In this document: one piece after another, positions 8,984 through 18,892 of the stretch | Numbering within the stretch: the first letter of the stretch is position 1 | Layout: each line of letters opens with the position of its first letter | Assembly: GCA_045538685.1 (NCBI GenBank) | Contig: JAZSRX010000006.1 | Coordinates: 1 to 62,441 of the forward strand | Direction of reading: 5' to 3' | Length of the DNA stretch: 62,441 bases | From: Eubacteriales bacterium | Lineage (GTDB): Bacteria > Bacillota > Clostridia > Oscillospirales > CAG-272 | The notes under the pieces: generated by a model | What the model saw: the letters and a program-made list of their open reading frames with translations, nothing else | Told to the model about the DNA's origin: nothing | Database searches by the model: none | Translations under genes and position numbers: made by a program

Positions 8984-10415
8984 ACAAATGAAACTTAATA
9001 AAATATGTTTCGGACTCGGAACGGTTGGCCGCGACGCACTTTATTCGCTTGTAAGTATGTATCTTCTGGTTCATCTTACAGACGTGGTTGGTTTTTCAAA
9101 GCCCCAGCTTGCCGCAATAGGTATTATGCTTACCTGTTTTGGTATTTTTGATGCAATAATAGATCCTTTTGTTGGTGCAGTAGTTGACAATACCAAAACA
9201 AAGTGGGGAAAATTTAAACCCTGGATATTTGTCGGTATGATAGGAACTGCAGTTTTGTCTATTTGTATGTTCCATAATCTTAGAATAGATAAAGAAATAC
9301 ATATCATTCTTCTCGGTGTTACATATCTTCTTTTCAGTATATTCTTCTCGTTGAACGACATTGCATATTGGTCGCTTATGCCGGCTATTTCCAAGGATCA
9401 GAAGGTTCGTGAAGAGGTTGGTGCTTTTGCAAGAATTTGTGCAAACGTAGGTATGTTTGCTATGGTTCTTATCTATCTCTCTGTTCCTGATCTCTTTAAG
9501 GGATTCGGTCTTAAAAGCCGTGATGCATACTATGTATTTGCGATAATTGTCGGTGTAATAATGGTTGTATTCCAAAGCATTACTCTCATTGGTGTAAAAG
9601 AGGACAGAAGCCAGCTTGAAAAGACCGAGAGAACAAGTATAAAGGATCTTTGGAGAGCTCTTGTCGGCAATGATCAGCTTATGGTTACCGCCGTTTCTAT
9701 GGTTCTCTTTATGATCGGCTATTGCACAACCACCGGTTTTGGTACATACTATTTCAAGTATGCATACAAGAATGAGGATATGTATATGATCTTTGCTGCC
9801 GTTCTTGCGGTTGCACAGCTTACGGCACTATCTGTATTCCCTCTGTTCAGAAAGAAATTCACCAGAAAACAGCTTTACACCGGTTCTATGATAGCCGTAT
9901 CTGTTTCCTATGTAATATTCTTCTTCTCATTCGAGTGGATGCCTCTTATCGTAATTGCAGGCCTTGGACTCTTCTTTGCACAGGCATTTATTCAGCTTCT
10001 TATGCTCCTTTTCCTTGCCGATGCGGTTGAGTACGGTGAGTGGAAGCTTGGTAAACGTAACGAGGCGGCATCCTTTGCCGTTCAGCCCTTCATTAACCAG
10101 GCAGGCGGAGCAGTAAGTAAGGGTATCGTTTCTGTTACCCTTATTATCTCTGGCATCAGCGAAATTTCTAATAAAATTATCGCCGCTGAGGATAATGAAG
10201 AGCTTGTAAACAGCTTAATTCAGTCTACTCCCGGCAGCTCAATATGGATAATGAAATTGTCTATGATGATTCTTCCTCTTATCTGTATTCTTATCGGCTT
10301 CTTCCTGTATCAGAAGAAATTCAAGATTGACGAAAAGTTCTATGAACAGATAGTTTCCGACCTTGAAGTGAGAAATGAAAAGGGACAGAAAAAGGCGAAA
10401 AAGGTAAAGAAGTAA
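8976..10415 (+). CDS. GPH-family (MelB-like) sugar:cation symporter
   Basis: About 12 TM helices; DAIIDPFVGAVVDNTKTKWGKFKPW, DIAYWS and DAVEYGEWK motifs. Confidence 0.9.
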   Translation: MDKQMKLNKICFGLGTVGRDALYSLVSMYLLVHLTDVVGFSKPQLAAIGIMLTCFGIFDAIIDPFVGAVVDNTKTKWGKFKPWIFVGMIGTAVLSICMFHNLRIDKEIHIILLGVTYLLFSIFFSLNDIAYWSLMPAISKDQKVREEVGAFARICANVGMFAMVLIYLSVPDLFKGFGLKSRDAYYVFAIIVGVIMVVFQSITLIGVKEDRSQLEKTERTSIKDLWRALVGNDQLMVTAVSMVLFMIGYCTTTGFGTYYFKYAYKNEDMYMIFAAVLAVAQLTALSVFPLFRKKFTRKQLYTGSMIAVSVSYVIFFFSFEWMPLIVIAGLGLFFAQAFIQLLMLLFLADAVEYGEWKLGKRNEAASFAVQPFINQAGGAVSKGIVSVTLIISGISEISNKIIAAEDNEELVNSLIQSTPGSSIWIMKLSMMILPLICILIGFFLYQKKFKIDEKFYEQIVSDLEVRNEKGQKKAKKVKK

Positions 10416-10417
10416 TT

Positions 10418-11713
10418 ATGAAATTTACTCTGAAAAAAGGCCTGCTTTTAGGTACGGCCACCGCCGCTACTCAGATTGAGGGCGGAGATGAAAACAACAA
10501 CTGGGCTCGCTTTGCCAAAGAGGGAAAGGTAGACGACGGAACGTCACCCACCCGTGCCTGCGACCATTATAACAGATGGCGTGAGGATATTGATATTATG
10601 GCAGAGATGGGTATGCAGATTTACCGTTTTGGTATAGAATGGTCACGCATTGAGCCGGTGCGGGGCGAGTTTGACGAGGATGTTTTAGAGCATTACCGCG
10701 AAGAAATCGAATATATGAAAGAAAAGGGCATCAAACCCCTTCTCACACTTCACCATTTCTCAAATCCGCTTTGGTTTGAGGATATGGGTAGCTGGACAAA
10801 TCCTGAGAGTGTTGATATATTCATAAACTTTGCCGATCAGGTTATGGATTATCTCGGTGATATAGTTGACGAGTATATTACCATTAACGAGCCAAACGTT
10901 TATGCTTTGAACGGCTTCTTCTACGGTATATGGCCACCCGAGAAAAAATCCATATCCGCCTATTCAAAGGCACTTTCAAACCTTGCCCATGCCCACGTAA
11001 AGTGCTATCAGCTTATACATAACAAACGTGCCGATCTTGGCAAGAGCAGAGAAGAAACCTTGGTTTCCTTTGCAAATCATCTTCGTGTCTTCACCCCCAA
11101 GGATTACAGCAATCCCTGGCACCGATTCTGTTCCCGTTTTATGGAACATATGTTCCAGTCGGCTGTCACACAGGCGATGATGACAGGCAAGTGTGTATTT
11201 CCTGTCAGCCGCAGGAGAGGTATGGAGAAGGGAAGATACTACGACTTTATCGGTATAAACTATTATTCCCGCAGTACCGTTTCGGGTATTGCAGACGGTG
11301 TGGCAGAGGGCTGTGACAGGAATGATCTTGGTTGGGAAATTTACCACGACGGACTTATCGACCTTTCCAATCTGCTCTCAATGGAATACGGCGAGGATTA
11401 TCCTGTTTTCGTTACAGAAAACGGCACTTGCGACAATACAGATTCCTTCCGATCAAGATTTATATATGACCAGTTAAAGCTTATCAGCGAAACAGATAAC
11501 CGTATAGAACGTTATTATCATTGGTCATTTACAGATAATTTTGAATGGCGAGAGGGAGAAGCGGCTCGCTTTGGAATAGTTCATCTTGACTATGAAACAC
11601 AAAAGCGAACTGTAAAGAACAGCGGAAAGCTTTATTCGGATATTATAAAAAATCAGGGTGTTACAGACGAGGCATATAAAAGCTTTGTTGAGCCCGCAAA
11701 TTATCATAAATAA
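10418..11713 (+). CDS. Glycoside hydrolase family 1
   Basis: GTATAATQIEG, YRFGIEWSRIEP and catalytic TINEP and VTENG motifs; DNFEW. Confidence 0.93.
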   Translation: MKFTLKKGLLLGTATAATQIEGGDENNNWARFAKEGKVDDGTSPTRACDHYNRWREDIDIMAEMGMQIYRFGIEWSRIEPVRGEFDEDVLEHYREEIEYMKEKGIKPLLTLHHFSNPLWFEDMGSWTNPESVDIFINFADQVMDYLGDIVDEYITINEPNVYALNGFFYGIWPPEKKSISAYSKALSNLAHAHVKCYQLIHNKRADLGKSREETLVSFANHLRVFTPKDYSNPWHRFCSRFMEHMFQSAVTQAMMTGKCVFPVSRRRGMEKGRYYDFIGINYYSRSTVSGIADGVAEGCDRNDLGWEIYHDGLIDLSNLLSMEYGEDYPVFVTENGTCDNTDSFRSRFIYDQLKLISETDNRIERYYHWSFTDNFEWREGEAARFGIVHLDYETQKRTVKNSGKLYSDIIKNQGVTDEAYKSFVEPANYHK

Positions 11714-11732
11714 TTTTAAAGAGGAAAAAACA

Positions 11733-13493
11733 ATGAACAAAACATGGGACCTTTCTATACTTTATAACGGATTTGACGATCCTAAATTTGCTGCCGATAT
11801 GGCAGAGTTTGACAAGTGTATTGAGGAGGTAATTGCATTTATACCTAAGCTTGATGCTCTTACTCCCGAAGAACTTCTCACCCGTCATATTGCAATTGAG
11901 ACAAAGCTGTCTTCTCTTGCAGAACGCCTGTTCATTTATGCAAATCTTCGTTACAGTGCAAACACCGCTGACGCACAGGCGGCAAGTACTATGGGTGTTC
12001 TTATGGGCAAACTTTCCGCTACCGCAGCACCCTCTGCAGCAGTTAACAAAGCAATTGCTAAAATTGAAAATATCGAGGAAATAATCGAGCAGAATGAACT
12101 TTTAAAGGAACATTCCTACCGTATTCTTACTATTGTTAAGAACTCAAAGCATCTTCTTTCGGATGCCGAGGAATCTCTCTTTGCAGAGATGGATATATCG
12201 GGTGCGACCGCTTGGTCTGATTTGCAGTCCAATCTTACAAGCTCGTTGAAGGTTGATTATAAAGGCGAAGAGATTACTCTTTCTTCTGTAAGAAACCTTG
12301 CCTATGATCCCGATCCTGAGGTAAGACGTGCGGCATATGAGGCAGAGCTTAGAGCATATCCCGGGATTGAAACTCCCATTGCTTTTGCACTTAATTCCAT
12401 TAAGCTTCAGGTTCTCGGTGAGGCGGCTCGCCGCGGATATGCATCTCCTCTTGCAAAGGCACTTGACAATTCCGCAATGAAGCAGGAAACTCTTGATGCA
12501 CTTCTTACCGCGATGAATGAGTATATGCCTGCATTCCGTAAATACCTTCGTGCGAAGGCAAAGGCACTTGGCCACGAGGGAGGTCTTCCTTGGTACGATC
12601 TCTTTGCTCCTATGGGCAAGAGCGATAAAAAGTACACAACCGAGGATGCACGCGACTATCTTCTCGGAATTTTCAGCAAATTTGATGCCGAGCTTCACGA
12701 TATGGTAAAAGAAGCATTTGACAACTCCTGGATTGACTTCTTCCCCAGAGAAGGCAAGGTTGGCGGTGCATTTGACTGTGCAGTACACTGTGCAGGACAG
12801 AGCAGAGTGCTTACAAACTTTGACGGCTCATTCTCCGACATTGTAACCCTCGCTCACGAGCTTGGTCACTCCTTCCACGACAGACAGGTTTATAAGAATT
12901 CTCCTCTTAACCGCGAGTATTCTATGCCTGTTGCTGAAACAGCATCCACCTTTAATGAGGTGCTTGTAATGAACACCGCAATTTCCGAGTGTACAGACCG
13001 TGATACAAAGCTTGCTCTTATTGAAAGTCAGCTTATGGACGCAACACAGATTATTGTAGATATTTACTCCCGTTATCTCTTTGAGACAAGTGTATTTGCT
13101 AACCGTCCCGCAGAGTTCCTTTCTCCCGAGCGTATGTGCCAGCTTATGCTTGATGCACAGAGAAAAGCATACGGCGACGGCCTTGATGAAAATGTGATGC
13201 ATCCTTATATGTGGCTCTGCAAGGGACACTATTACAGCGGAGGACTCAGCTTCTATAACTATCCTTATGCTTTCGGCGGTCTTTTCGCAAGAGGTATTTA
13301 TGCAAAGTATCTTGAAGAGGGCAAGCCCTTCGTTGAAACCTATAAAAAGATGCTTCGTGCAACAGGAACCAGCACCGTTGAGGATGCGGCAAAGGTTTGC
13401 GGCATCGACCTTACAGACGTAAACTTCTGGAGATCCGGCCTTGAGTCTATGAAGAAGCAGATTGACGAGTTCTGCCAGCTTGTAAACTCATAA
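11733..13493 (+). CDS. M3 family oligoendopeptidase (PepF-like)
   Basis: AHELGH zinc motif, AETASTFNE, FYNYPYAFG; start MNKTWDLS after a GAGG RBS. Confidence 0.92.
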   Translation: MNKTWDLSILYNGFDDPKFAADMAEFDKCIEEVIAFIPKLDALTPEELLTRHIAIETKLSSLAERLFIYANLRYSANTADAQAASTMGVLMGKLSATAAPSAAVNKAIAKIENIEEIIEQNELLKEHSYRILTIVKNSKHLLSDAEESLFAEMDISGATAWSDLQSNLTSSLKVDYKGEEITLSSVRNLAYDPDPEVRRAAYEAELRAYPGIETPIAFALNSIKLQVLGEAARRGYASPLAKALDNSAMKQETLDALLTAMNEYMPAFRKYLRAKAKALGHEGGLPWYDLFAPMGKSDKKYTTEDARDYLLGIFSKFDAELHDMVKEAFDNSWIDFFPREGKVGGAFDCAVHCAGQSRVLTNFDGSFSDIVTLAHELGHSFHDRQVYKNSPLNREYSMPVAETASTFNEVLVMNTAISECTDRDTKLALIESQLMDATQIIVDIYSRYLFETSVFANRPAEFLSPERMCQLMLDAQRKAYGDGLDENVMHPYMWLCKGHYYSGGLSFYNYPYAFGGLFARGIYAKYLEEGKPFVETYKKMLRATGTSTVEDAAKVCGIDLTDVNFWRSGLESMKKQIDEFCQLVNS

Positions 13494-13570
13494 TTTTATC
13501 AGCGTCAGGTCTTTGCATATAATTTTTAGCATTATTTAATTGTATTATATTTATAAAAAAATAAAGGATC

Positions 13571-14440
13571 AAAAAAAAGAAAGCAAATAAGATAGTTTAA
13601 ATTCTTGTTCTTGCAGTTACAGTTATTTTGGCATTTTCTTCTTGTGATGTTTTTTCTCAGCCAGAGACTCACAGCCACAAGTTTGGCGAGTGGGAAGAAA
13701 CAAAGATTGCCACCTGTGTTGAAAAAGGCACTTTAACAAGAAAGTGTAAATGCGGAGAGACAGAAACCACCGAGATATCTTTGGCGTCTCACAAAGAGGT
13801 AACAGATGTTGCGGTTGAAGCAACCTGCACAGAGACAGGCCTTAGCGAAGGAAAGCATTGCTCGGTTTGTGATGAGGTTATTGAAGAACAGCAGGTTATT
13901 CCCGTTAAGGAGCATACCGCTGATAAGGGTGTATGTTCCGGCTGTAATATGGTTATGGACACTATAGTAGCTCTTTGCAACTATATCAGAGCTAACGGCA
14001 ATGTGGAAAGTGGCGAAGCTGTTATGATTATGGACTATAAGGCGGATGTAACCGAAAAGGGAATGTGGGCAGTGGCGTCCCACATAACAGAAGATCTTCT
14101 TATCTTTAATTCCACTTTTGAAAGCGAAGGCGTTACATTTACAATTATGATAAATGTAGAGGAAATCGCATCTACATACGAGGTATATTGTAAGGTAGAA
14201 ACAGGAACAGAGTCGGAAACTATGCAAATTTTAGGAAAGATTGTTGCAGGAGAAGTTACCGATGAAAATTGTGACATTATCGATTATGAATTTGCCGGTC
14301 CGAATGGCGTAGCGGCAGAAGATGTTGTTGTCATGTTTGAAGATTTGATGCCTAACGTTCTTTGGCTGATAGATGATCTCCTTGGCAAACAGTCAATTGA
14401 CGTAAGTATCAGCGACTTTGGTTTTACCGAAATAAAGTAA
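13571..14440 (+). pseudogene. Cys/His-module lipoprotein with damaged 5' end
   Basis: After RBS AAAGGA the frame reads KKKKANKIV*ILVLAVTVILAFSSC: no ATG, in-frame TAA at 13598-13600 inside the signal peptide. The remaining 270 codons are open. Confidence 0.65.
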
Positions 14441-14445
14441 ACAAT

Positions 14446-14481
14446 AAAAAGCCCAAGCCGTTTCGGCTTGGGCTAAATTTT
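14446..14481. terminator. Bidirectional intrinsic terminator
   Basis: AGCCCAAGCCG / CGGCTTGGGCT stem. Confidence 0.85.
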
Positions 14482-15803
14482 TATATATCAAGTTTTACAA
14501 TATCCTCTAAGCTTTCGCGCTTTACCGCAAGGTAGCTCTCGCCGTCACAAAGCATTACAACGGGAGGGCGGGGAATTCTGTTATAATTAGACGCCATGGA
14601 ATAGTGATATGCACCTGTTGTCAGGCAGGCGAGAAGATCACCGCGTTCAATATCACTTGGCATTGACAGATTTTCCTGAAGAATATCACCGCTTTCACAA
14701 CATCTGCCAACTACAGAACAGCTTTCTCTCTCGGCTTTTTCGTCGTCAAATACAGGCAGAATAGTATAGGGCGAGCCGTAAAGGGCGAATCTGGGGTTAT
14801 CTGTCATACCGCCGTCAACCGAAACGTAGGTTTTGTAGCCGGGAATACGTTTAACCGTTCCAACGGTATAAAGAGTAAGTCCTGCATCTGCAACAATAGA
14901 TCTGCCGGGTTCAAGAGAAATTCGGGGCAGGGCGATTCCAAGTCGCTTTGCCTCTTTTTTCATTTCTTCCGCTACGGTCAGAATGGTCTCTCTTATGTCA
15001 AGCATTGGCTGACTTTCAATATATCTTACGCCAAGTCCGCCACCAATATCAAGGTCGTAACATATAAAGCCCAGCTCTCTCTCCATATCCGCCACAAATT
15101 TCAGCATAACCTTTGATGTGGCAAGATAAACACCATTATCAAAAATCTGCGAGCCCACGTGACAATGGAAGCCCATAAGCTCAAGGTTTTCGAAGGTGAG
15201 AGCAAGCGATGTAATCGCCTTGGCTTGTCCTGTTTCAATGGCAGAGCCGAACTTTGAGTCTACCTTTCCTGTGGCAACTGCAGCATAGGTATGGGGATCT
15301 ATGCCGGGAGTAATTCGAAGCATTATTTTTTGCTTTATACCGTACTTTGCCGCAATTTCGTCAATGGCAAAAAGCTCCTCGGCATTATCTACCACAAAGC
15401 AACCCACACCGTGTTTTATGGCGAAATCAATGTCCTCGTCTGTCTTATTGTTTGAATGGAAATAGGCATTTTCAAGAGGAAAACCTGCAAGATATGCAGT
15501 ATATATTTCGCCGCAGGACACCACGTCAATCCCAAGTCCTTCTTCCTTTGCAATCTCATAAAGTCGCTTAAAGGATGCTGCCTTTGATGCATACATAACA
15601 CGTGCATCAATGCCAAAACCGTCGTGAACAGAAGAAAGATAAACACGCATATTATGACGCACCCTCGCCTCATCGTAAATATAAAGTGGAGTGCCGTATT
15701 TTTCTGCGAGAGTGGAAAGAGGCATATCGGCAAAGCAAAGCTCGCCGTCAGCATTTCTCTTTAAATTCTCGCATATCATTTCATTATTTTTTGTAATAAT
15801 CAT
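14481..15803 (-). CDS. lysA: Diaminopimelate decarboxylase
   Basis: YGTPLYIYD, YASKA (PLP lysine), HCHVGSQI, EPGRS, CCESGD and SMASNYN motifs. Confidence 0.96.
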   Translation of the reverse strand: MIITKNNEMICENLKRNADGELCFADMPLSTLAEKYGTPLYIYDEARVRHNMRVYLSSVHDGFGIDARVMYASKAASFKRLYEIAKEEGLGIDVVSCGEIYTAYLAGFPLENAYFHSNNKTDEDIDFAIKHGVGCFVVDNAEELFAIDEIAAKYGIKQKIMLRITPGIDPHTYAAVATGKVDSKFGSAIETGQAKAITSLALTFENLELMGFHCHVGSQIFDNGVYLATSKVMLKFVADMERELGFICYDLDIGGGLGVRYIESQPMLDIRETILTVAEEMKKEAKRLGIALPRISLEPGRSIVADAGLTLYTVGTVKRIPGYKTYVSVDGGMTDNPRFALYGSPYTILPVFDDEKAERESCSVVGRCCESGDILQENLSMPSDIERGDLLACLTTGAYHYSMASNYNRIPRPPVVMLCDGESYLAVKRESLEDIVKLDI

Positions 15804-15838
15804 TTTTATTTCCTAGGTAAATTCAAAGTTCATACCGA

Positions 15839-16822
15839 TCAAAGCATCTTCGCTCTGAGTTCTTCCGCTGACATCTGCGAAAGATCGGCAGGTGCAATGT
15901 CAAGAACGGTCTTGCATCCTGCAATGCCTCTGCTATGCATTCTGTATATCGCTCTTGCATAAGCCACAAGCACACTTGCGGTAAACTCGGGGTTAGAGTC
16001 AAGCTTTAAATCAAATTCAACAGTATGTGAGTTCTCGCTGTTAAAACCTGTTTTGCCATTACGGATAACCGCACCGCCGTGGGGAAGACCGCTGTGGTTT
16101 TTACCGAGTTCTTCCGCACTTACAAAGCTTACGGTTGTATCATAATCGGCAAAGTAGTTGGGCATTTCCTTGATTTCTTTTTCGATTTTTGCAAGATCTG
16201 CACCTTCCTCTGCCACAACGTAACAGTCTCTTATGTGCTTTTCTCTGGTAGTAAATTCAGGGCATTCTCCGCCCCTTACACGTGCAAGGGCGGTGTCGTG
16301 AGGAATAGTGTACTGCCTTGCGTCAAGCACACCGTCGATGCGTCTTATTGCATCAGAATGTCCCTGGCTGACACCCTTTCCCCAGAAGGTATAAACATTG
16401 CCCGAAGGCAGGACTGCCTCAAAATAAGTTCTCATAATCGAGAAAAGTCCCGGATCCCAACCGGCCGAGATAAGTGCAATATGTCCGTTTTCACGGGATG
16501 CAATATCAACCTTTTCAAAGTGCTCGGGAATTTTTGCGTGTGTGTCAAAGCTGTCAACAACATTAAAATCCCTTGCCAGTGCAGGAGTCATCTCGGGCAG
16601 ATCTGTAGCGCTTCCGCCACAGATAATAAGCACGTCAATTTTATCCTTAAAATCGGTTATTTTGTCGGCAGAATAAACGGCAGCTCCGCTTACTGTTTTC
16701 ACACTATCGGGTGAACGTCTTGTAAATATACCTACAAGAGAAGTGTCGCTGTGATGCTTTATAGCACATTCAACACCTCTGCCTAAATTTCCGTAACCGT
16801 AAATTCCAATTCTCATATTCAA
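15839..16822 (-). CDS. ddh: meso-Diaminopimelate dehydrogenase
   Basis: GYGNLG, CGGSATD, DSFDTH, GWDPGLFS, FWGKGVSQGHSDAIRR and SNPEFTAS motifs. Confidence 0.96.
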   Translation of the reverse strand: MNMRIGIYGYGNLGRGVECAIKHHSDTSLVGIFTRRSPDSVKTVSGAAVYSADKITDFKDKIDVLIICGGSATDLPEMTPALARDFNVVDSFDTHAKIPEHFEKVDIASRENGHIALISAGWDPGLFSIMRTYFEAVLPSGNVYTFWGKGVSQGHSDAIRRIDGVLDARQYTIPHDTALARVRGGECPEFTTREKHIRDCYVVAEEGADLAKIEKEIKEMPNYFADYDTTVSFVSAEELGKNHSGLPHGGAVIRNGKTGFNSENSHTVEFDLKLDSNPEFTASVLVAYARAIYRMHSRGIAGCKTVLDIAPADLSQMSAEELRAKML

Positions 16823-16828
16823 TTCCTT

Positions 16829-17620
16829 TTATGTATTGCTTTTTGCGGTAATTACAGCATCCTCTGTCTTTACAGAAGAAAGCATACTTTTCATATCATA
16901 CAGACCGGGAAGCTGACCTATAAGGAAGTCGGCTGCGGCAATTGCTCCCTCTGCAAACAGTCCGCGGTTGTGTGCTTCGTGCTTTAAAGTAATTGTCTGG
17001 CTTTGCGTTCCGATAATTACTTCGTGTTCGCCAACGATATTACCCATTCTTATAGAGTGTATGCCAATTTCTTCGGGAGTGCGTTTACCCTGACCGCTTC
17101 TTCCACAGTTAGTATATGCCTCAGGGCGAACCTCCTTGATAGCATTGGCTAACATAAGTGCAGTTCCGCTGGGTGCATCAATCTTGCGGTCGTGATGCTT
17201 TTCTATTATCTCAATTTCTGCCTCGGGAAATGCCATAGCGGTTGTTTTCGCAAGTTCTACAAGCAGTGCTACACCAAGCGACATATTTCCCGAGTAAAAC
17301 AGGGGAATTCTCTTAGCGGCATTATGTATAAGCAAAATTTCGTCATCACTGTGACCGGTTGTGCAAAGTACAAGAGGAATGCTGTTATCAACAGCAAAAT
17401 CAAGCAGAGTGGGGGTTACACTGTGATGAGAAAAATCAATAATACAGTCAACCCCATCTGTTGAAACTACATCGTCAAGGTTTGAATAAACTGTGGCATT
17501 TATGTCAGATTGGTTAGGATCAACACCAAAAGCGAGAGTTGCACCGCGATAATTTGCATCGCAAAGTTTTACAACCTCACGTCCCATATAACCCGAAATA
17601 CCGTTAAGTAAAATGTTCAT
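16829..17620 (-). CDS. dapB: 4-hydroxy-tetrahydrodipicolinate reductase
   Basis: IDFS, CTTG, NMSLG and EKHHDRKIDAPSGTA motifs. Confidence 0.96.
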   Translation of the reverse strand: MNILLNGISGYMGREVVKLCDANYRGATLAFGVDPNQSDINATVYSNLDDVVSTDGVDCIIDFSHHSVTPTLLDFAVDNSIPLVLCTTGHSDDEILLIHNAAKRIPLFYSGNMSLGVALLVELAKTTAMAFPEAEIEIIEKHHDRKIDAPSGTALMLANAIKEVRPEAYTNCGRSGQGKRTPEEIGIHSIRMGNIVGEHEVIIGTQSQTITLKHEAHNRGLFAEGAIAAADFLIGQLPGLYDMKSMLSSVKTEDAVITAKSNT

Positions 17621-17630
17621 ATTAATTCCT

Positions 17631-18515
17631 TTATATAAGATTATGTTCCTTCATAAGACCGAGAAGCACCGCCTCGTGCCCGGGCTCCATAGGTGTCAGG
17701 GGAAGTCTTAAATAATTCTCGCAGTATCCCATAGCAGCCACCGCGGCTTTAACGGGAATAGGATTAACTTCGCAAAACAGAGAGTTAATTAAGGGCAGAA
17801 GCTCAAGTTGTGCCTTTCTTGCCTCGTTTACTCTGCCTAAAAGATAGTCCTCGCACATCTTCTGCGTTTCTTTGGGCATAATATTTGAAAGTACCGATAT
17901 TACACCGCATCCGCCAAGGGAAAGAATAGGTATTATCTGATCGTCATTGCCCGAATAAACTGCGATTTTATCACCGACCAAAGCACAAAGCTCTGCTACC
18001 TGAGAAATATTTCCGCAGGCCTCTTTTATGCCAAAAATATTAGGGTGATCGGCAAGTGCTGCCACCGACTCGGGCAGAAGATTGCATCCGGTTCTTGAGG
18101 GAACGTTGTAAAGAATGCAGGGCTTTGTAGATGCGTCTGCAATGGCCTTGAAGGACTCGATGAGGCCTTTTTGAGTTGCTTTATTATAATACGGCGTAAC
18201 AAGAAGCATTGCATCAGCACCAACCTCACAGGAGAACTTGGTAAGCTCAATTGCGTATGCGGTATCATTAGAGCCGGTTCCTGCGATTACAGGCACTCTG
18301 CCCGCAACCTGATCTACACAGAATTTAATTGCCTCTTTATGCTCGGCGTCAGAAAGGGTAGAGCCCTCGCCGGTTGTACCAACGGCAACAATGGCCTGTA
18401 TTCCTTCGGAAATCTGCCATTCAATAAGTTTTGCAAACTGTTCGTAGTCTATTCCGTCTTTTGTAAGCGGTGTAATTATGGCAGTTGCCGCACCTGTAAA
18501 AATAGGATTTTTCAA
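17631..18515 (-). CDS. dapA: 4-hydroxy-tetrahydrodipicolinate synthase
   Basis: GTTGEG, PYYNK, YNVPSRTG, GIKEA and NPIPVK motifs; TTG start at 18515 after a GGAGG RBS. Confidence 0.96.
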   Translation of the reverse strand: MKNPIFTGAATAIITPLTKDGIDYEQFAKLIEWQISEGIQAIVAVGTTGEGSTLSDAEHKEAIKFCVDQVAGRVPVIAGTGSNDTAYAIELTKFSCEVGADAMLLVTPYYNKATQKGLIESFKAIADASTKPCILYNVPSRTGCNLLPESVAALADHPNIFGIKEACGNISQVAELCALVGDKIAVYSGNDDQIIPILSLGGCGVISVLSNIMPKETQKMCEDYLLGRVNEARKAQLELLPLINSLFCEVNPIPVKAAVAAMGYCENYLRLPLTPMEPGHEAVLLGLMKEHNLI

Positions 18516-18539
18516 TTTTATATCCTCCAAAATTATTAT

Positions 18540-18763
18540 CTCAACAAAAAAAGATAGCCGCAAAACAGCTATCCCACCAAAGACGCAAAATACGCCAAAA
18601 GAATGATAGCCCTTCGCAAAAAATGCGACAGCAGTACGGATATTTTCCGCAATGCCAGCTAAAGATGCCCGCCACAGCATCCGCTTCGGCACCAACACCT
18701 TTCTCACACAGCCGCGGCGGCATTTAATGTGCGATACTCTTTGCTAAGTGCACCTCTATCTCA
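18540..18763 (-). promoter_or_regulatory. Lysine riboswitch with terminator expression platform
   Basis: Minus strand GATAGAGGTGC...GAAAGG...GCCGAA...CTGG...AATA...CTGTC...GGGCTATC, followed by GATAGCTG...CGGCTATC-TTTTTTT; lies upstream of dapA. Confidence 0.9.
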
Positions 18764-18892
18764 TATTACAAGTTATTTTACCACATATAAATATATATGT
18801 CAATAGATTTCTTTAAAAAAGTATTCTTGACTTTTTTTATTATTTGTAGTACAATAGTATTTGTAAAACTATTGTCTTAGGAGATTTTATAA

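Noticed and set aside
18516-18707. N-terminal extension of dapA in the ORF track
   Set aside because: Overlaps the lysine riboswitch; the RBS supports the TTG at 18515.
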